Origin: Octopus vulgaris
Taxonomy: Eukaryota
Assembly (NCBI GenBank): GCA_951406725.2
Contig: OX597839.1
Span: forward strand, 5,270,001 to 5,334,000
DNA length: 64,000 bases
Reading direction: 5' to 3'
Made by a program: the position numbers and the translations under genes. Shown one piece after another: positions 58,035 through 64,000 of this stretch (its first letter is position 1; each line of letters begins with the position of its first letter). A model generated the notes under the pieces. It saw only the letters and a program-made list of their open reading frames with translations, did not search any database and was not told the origin of the DNA.

Positions 58035-58389
58035 ACCCTAACGCTAACTAACCCTAACCCTAAAACATATTGATATCTTGCAAACAACTTGCACATGCAA
58101 GTGCTACCAGTTAAAAGCTCCGTATATCGGAAGCTAGCAAGTGTATGGGGTCATCAGGAGAGAATGCGCGCCGTTTCGGGGCCTACCTCTCGACGGCATC
58201 AATGCGCACCGGCTCCCCTCACTGATATGAGGCCCCGCTTGCTAGATCAGCTGGTTATGAAGAACTCAATATACTTCTAGCCATCGCTCATCGTCTTTTT
58301 TTAACCAAATCGTTACTAGGGTCATAATTATGGGTGACAATTTCATATGACACCGCTAGAAAAAACTGCCGTTCAAACCGAAAAGATCC
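58035..58389 (-). mobile_element. Half MITE family M carrying a ~220-bp foreign insert
   Basis: CCCTAA repeats and terminal CCGTTCAAACCGAAAAGATCC match family M; 58084-58306 is absent from the other copies. Confidence 0.75.
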
Positions 58390-58964
58390 AGTCTAGGAAC
58401 AGTTTATATAATCATTTGGAAGAATGTTGCGCTTCCGTTTGATCTTCGGACTTGAAGAATCTGCCATCCTCATCAATGTCATTTCTTTCTTTCATAGAGT
58501 GTTAGTAGAAGATTCGCATTAGCTCTCTCTCTGAGAAAATATAACAAAACGCCCACAGTTGATTTCGAACACACCTGTTTTAAGTTACAAGGCCAACCTG
58601 ACCTTGCTAATTATACAATACACTTCAATTTATATAAATTTTTTCATGTATGTTGAATATCCTTTAATATAACAAGTTTTTTTTGTACATTTCATATTCT
58701 TAAATAAATTTTTCCTTCTGTAAAAATTATGAATGATAGTTTTTTTTATTTAGTTTGTTCAAAAAAAAAAAAAGAGAATTTTAACCGAGAATGTCAAAAT
58801 AATTAAAGTTCTATACAGGGAGGAAACATGTCAAAAAAATTGGTAGAAGTTAATGGGAATATAGAAGAAATTTTATAGAATCAAGCGTGGCGTACAACAG
58901 GGTGGTCTCCGGATTCTCTCCCTCTTTCTCTCTCGCTCTTTTTATGCGTATATACATGTAATTT

Positions 58965-58998
<34 letters not shown>

Positions 58999-59052
58999 AT
59001 AATATATATATAGATAGATAGATAGATGCACATGCATGTGTGTATAAATGAA

Positions 59053-59122
<70 letters not shown>

Positions 59123-59250
59123 TATGTCTGTGTGTGCGTGTGCATGTATGATGATACTAACGTTTTTCGTTCATTCTCCCCGATCTTTTTATGCACCTAT
59201 CTTTTCCCTGACTCACAAACTCCGGTATTTCACACACCCACAAAATACAC

Positions 59251-59304
<54 letters not shown>

Positions 59305-59731
59305 GCGCACACATGCACCAAACAATTTTTCTATTAGGATTACATGAAATAGTAGCAGGTAAAACTAAAATGTGTGAAAGCGAATACAATGTGAATCGGA
59401 TAAAAAATAAAATTTAATGAAAATAAGCAAAATGAAAAATGATTTTTATATTTTTATCCTATATTTCAATATTTCAGCTTTAAGTCTTCCTCGTCAACAA
59501 AAAAGAAAATACATTTCTTATGGTTCAGGTAAGAGTTTCTACGTGAGACCAAAGGCAGGTTTGACATATGCGCAAATTCCTAGTTTTATATATAATGTAA
59601 TTAGGGTCATGTAACTCTTGTTTGGTATTTTAGGAGGGAACTTTACTTGTTTTATTAGAATCATTTGTGTAATTGACAAATGACCGATATTCCAGTCTCT
59701 AGTATTGCCTTTGATTGCAAGCGTAATGATA

Positions 59732-60040
59732 CCCCGTAAAATAAATATTTTTCATCCTTCGTTCACGCTGGGAATATACATCACCTATGTTCCAGAAATG
59801 GTCATAGACTCTTCAAATTTTCCACATAATAAGTAATGTCACCCCTAGGGGATGAAAACACCTTCTTGTGTGTGTATGTGAGTGTACAGGCCTTTTTCTT
59901 GATTCCCCTTAAAATCAATATTTTTCATCCTTCGTTCACGCTGGGAATATACATCACCTATGTTCCAGAAATGGTCATAGACTTTTCAGATTTTCCACAT
60001 AATGAGTAATGTCACCCCTAGGGGACGAAAACACCTTCTT
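59732..60040. repeat. 136-bp direct duplication (period 173 bp)
   Basis: 59732-59867 vs 59905-60040 with few mismatches; each has the palindrome CCCCTAGGGG. Confidence 0.9.
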
Positions 60041-60995
60041 ACAGGTAGATAACAGGCACCCACGATCGTTGCTTCAAGTGACTTTACACTTGATGACGTA
60101 GTTATGCTACTTATCATGAAAATCACGAAACAGTATCAGTATTTTTCAGTCGATAACTGATGAAGAGTTACGGTCCTTTTGTGTCTGTTCTACCTGTACG
60201 TTTTGTAGTATTTAATGCAGTTTTCATTTAACTGAATGCAACTCATCCCGACTTTTCTTAACACAAAATTTATATGTATATATATTTTTATGTGTGTGGG
60301 TGTATGTGAGTGCGTGTACGGTTATTTAGTTTTAGTTCAAGAAAGCCAATAGAAAAAGATCCGGTTTCTAACCTAGAACCAATACTCCTTCATTGGAATT
60401 TCAACAACATCGACACCATATTTTGACATGTATGTAGGTACGTGTGTAGTATTTGGAGCCAGTGCGTGTGCAGATTTGTACATTTTGTGTTATGCATTTA
60501 TTTTTATTCTCATTTATTTATATGTTTATGTATAACTTTCTGTCTGTATGTATGTACAAAGTAATATAAAATGGAAGATATAGCATACAAGGACATTTTG
60601 GCTAAAAAAAAAATATTGGATATATAGAAATATAAATTCAAGAAAAAAATTAATAAAAGTATTAATAAAATTATTTCTGAATTCTTCCTGAATATGGCAA
60701 CAAATAGCAGGTTCCAAATATAAAGAAAAGAAGATGAACAAAAGCATGGCAAAAGAATATTTCGAATATGGATTCTACATTACTGCTCCATTGATTTTTC
60801 TTTCAAAATAGTGTAGCAGAAATACTGCAGACCATTTTGACTGTATAAAACTTAGTGATGTACTCTTTGACGCAGGATACCTATTTAGGTTCGGAATACA
60901 TTTTAATATGGAGAAGAATATATTAAATCTTGATACCATCACGTTTAATCGAAGATTTATTCGTAATATGTATATGCAGAAACTCTGTATATATA

Positions 60996-61770
60996 TACGA
61001 GGGTGCATTGTAGACATTTTGAGAATTTTGGTGAGGAGAGGCAGTTATAATCGTCCAAAATTATTGTGATTTTAGTATATTACTACTACATATATAGCAA
61101 GCTGATCTGCTCACTTTTGTTATGCCAGGATGAAGGAGACAGCTGTAACTGCACTTTGCAGTTACTACTAAATGGAAGCACTCCGTCGGTTACGATGACG
61201 AGAGTTCCGGTTGATCCGAATCAACGGAACAGCCTGCTCGTGAAATTAACGTGTAAGTGGCTGAGCACTCCACAGACACGTGTACCCTTAACGTAGTTCT
61301 CGGGGATATTCAGAGTGACACAGAGAGTGACAAGGCCGGCCCTTTGAAATACAGGTACAACAGAAACAGGAAGTAAGAGTGAGAGAAAGTTGTGGTGAAA
61401 GAGTACAGCAGGGATCACCACAATCCCTGCCGGAGCCTCGTGGAGCTTTAGTTGTTTTCGCTCAATAAACACTCACAACTCCCGGTCTGGGAATCGAAAC
61501 CGCGATCCTATGACCGCGAGTCCGCTGCCCTAACCACTGGGCCATTGCGCCTCCACACTACTAAATATTGCTTGTCCCACTGGTCTAATTTGTAGAATGT
61601 AGTCGAGATGTGAAGAGTGTTTGGAAGTTCGGTATGCAATAACGCTCTGTGTGATAGTGGGCAAAAATGCTACAGAATCTTATGAAATGCTCCAGATTGT
61701 TAACGGATTAGCTTGTATGAGTCGAGCATTTTTTTACTGGAACAGGAGTCTAGGCAAAGCATGCCCACCA
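60996..61770 (+). mobile_element. Decayed mariner 5' portion with nested SINE
   Basis: TA-CGAGGG terminus at 60996; LEVRYAITLCVIVGKNATESYEMLQ...CMSRA at ~61620-61730 resembles the mariner transposase N-terminal HTH. Confidence 0.65.
61174..61556 (-). mobile_element. Full-length SINE family A, 10-bp TSD
   Basis: TSD ACTACTAAAT at 61164-73 and 61557-66. Confidence 0.92.
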
Positions 61771-62440
61771 GTACAAGAGTAACGGTTCATTAACAACAAA
61801 TACGAGATCTCGGGACTAAACGAATTCCACGCTGCGACATTTTGGCTTTGCTTATATGTCCAAATGTTCACTAATTTCTTGTCTACCCAATATATTAACG
61901 CGCAGTCAATATCACAGACCAAAACATGAATGAATACAGAAATTGCATTTACTAATAAATACAAAATACGGCTGAACATGCTATAAAAACATCAGGAGTA
62001 CATGATTCGTTATTTACTATGAATGCTATCCAAGGTTGTATAAAACTTTTATACACAGAGACCGACAGAATACGTCGCAGGTTTTCGAAGAATAATTCTC
62101 GGATCGATTCGTTCGATTAAAATTCTTCAAGGTGGTGCCTCGGCATGGCCACAGTCTAAGGACTGAAACAAGTAAATAATAAAAGGTAAATTCTATTGGC
62201 TTTCTTGAACTATAACTAAATAATCGCACACACACCCACTCGCACATACACACACTCACACACCCCACACACACATAAAAATATATATACATATAAATTT
62301 TGTGTAAAGAAATGTCGGGATGCTTTGCGTTCAGTTAAATGAAAACTGCATTAAATACTACAAAACGTACACGTAGGACAGATACAAAAGGACTGTATCT
62401 CTTCATCAGTTATCGACTGAAAAATATACATATATATATA

Positions 62441-62748
62441 TATAAACAACTTATAAAATAAGGGCAAAAGAAAAATTCTAATGCCAAATATGCCGAAAAA
62501 AAGACAAAATACAATGGGTATGAGTAAGTATTTCATTTATGTTTTACGTATTTATCGCTGACGAGGAGAAAATTCTTATGAATTAACTCTGAAATTGGGA
62601 CCAATACTGTAAGAACGGATTTTTTAGAAATTTATATCGGCTTGTTTCGAGACGCCTTAATTATAATGATTATTGACAATTTTGTCTTTTTTTCGGATTA
62701 TTTGGCATTAGAATTTTTCTTTTGCCCTTATTTTATAAGTTATTTATA
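62441..62748. repeat. 70-bp inverted repeat enclosing a degenerate hammerhead-like motif
   Basis: 62441-62510 vs 62679-62748; inside, TATCG-CTGACGA-GGAG..CTCT-GAAA near 62553-62600. Confidence 0.75.
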
Positions 62749-62835
62749 AATTTAACCTTTAAAGGTATTTTTTGATATGCTGGCCATTGCTAAAAATTTT
62801 TTTTCGAAAATAAAAATTTTGTCCTACATTAGTTG

Positions 62836-62867
<32 letters not shown>

Positions 62868-63025
62868 TACGGGCTTCATTCAGTTTCCGTCAAACAAATC
62901 TATTCACAGGGCTTTCGTCAGGTGAGGCTATAGTAGAAGGCACTTGCCCAAGGTGCAATGCAGTGGGACTGAACCCGGATGTATGTGGATGGGAAGCAAG
63001 TTCCTTACCACACAGCCATACCTGC
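62868..63025 (-). mobile_element. SINE family C head/body
   Basis: Reverse complement of the 46020-type copy. Confidence 0.78.
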
Positions 63026-63335
63026 GCATGTTTGGATGGGAGAGGCGTAAATGTCACAGTTGGAAGTGCTTTTAATATGTCTATTCGATATAAAGAATGA
63101 GCAACATCAGCATCAAAAGTAATTACAACAGCAGCAACAACAACAACAATGAGAGCATGTGTAAGATTAGCTAAAGAACCATCAGTGAGTAGCGACAGAT
63201 GTGACAACCAGAGGCACCGGTAGAAATCGGTGCATGTGGAAGAACGGATGGAAATTCAACGGCAACAGCGCCAACAGCAGCAGTAAGACTAGCAGCAGCA
63301 GCAGCAATAGTAGTAGTAGTAGTAGTAGTAGTAGC

Positions 63336-63366
<31 letters not shown>

Positions 63367-63508
63367 CTAGTGGCATTGCCAGCATCATCATCATCAATAA
63401 CAATAGCATAAGCAGCTGCTAAGAGCAACAGCATCCACAGCTGCAGCAGCAGCTACAACAGCTGCAATAGCAGTAGCAAAAGTAATAGTAGTAGTAGTAG
63501 TAGTAGTT

Positions 63509-63545
<37 letters not shown>

Positions 63546-63561
63546 CGACAGCGGCGGCGGT

Positions 63562-63830
63562 GACTGTGGTGGTAGTAGTACTAGCAGCGTCAGTGGCGGT
63601 GGCGGCTGTGGTGGTGGTGGTGGTAGTAGTAGTAGTAGCAGTAGCGGCAGCGGCGGCGGCGGCGGCGACTGTGGTGGTAGTAGTACTAGCAGCGTCAGTG
63701 GCGGTGGCGGCTGTGGTGGTGGTGGTGGTAGTAGTAGTAGTAGCAGTAGCGGCAGCGGCGGCGGCGGCGGCGACTGTGGTGGTAGTAGTACTAGCAGCGT
63801 CAGTGGCCGTGGCGGCTGTGATGGTGGTAG
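63562..63830. repeat. 105-bp higher-order repeat of GTA/GTG/GCG triplets
   Basis: GACTGTGGTGGTAGTAGTACTAGCAGCGTCAGTGG at 63562, 63667 and 63772. Confidence 0.9.
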
Positions 63831-64000
63831 TAGTAGTAGTAAAGGTAATAGTATTAGTATTATTATTATTATTAGTAGTAGTAGTAGTAGTAGTAGTTGC
63901 GGCAGCGGCGGCGACTGTGGTGAGTAGTAGTAGCATTAAAGGTAATAGTAGTAGTAGTAGTAGTAGTAGTGTTAGTAGTAATGTTAGTAGTAGTAGTAGT

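Overview
AT-rich, repeat-saturated eukaryotic DNA, most likely intronic or intergenic sequence from an octopus-like cephalopod. The organism is inferred from the very dense (TA)n/(TCTA)n/(CA)n/(ATT)n/(GAT)n microsatellites and from tRNA-derived SINE families; it is not verified. Almost all supplied ORFs are microsatellite translations, and no intact gene can be built. Supported content: (i) at least four tRNA-headed SINE families, several with clean TSDs, one forming 184-bp head-to-tail multimers with an invariant junction; (ii) a ~410-bp GG..CC MITE family with 8-bp TSDs and internal TTAGGG repeats; (iii) decayed RTE, R4/Dong-type and mariner fragments; (iv) many short elements next to (TA)n tracts carrying minimal type I hammerhead ribozyme motifs (Penelope pLTR/retrozyme-like), most with a shared CUGUNGA core variant, plus two hammerheads with a long stem II; (v) a perfect 106-bp inverted repeat and a ~90-nt pre-miRNA-like hairpin; (vi) weak candidates for minus-strand first exons, the best encoding a signal-peptide-like segment. 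All alignments and folds were done by eye, and family names are by recognition, not database search.
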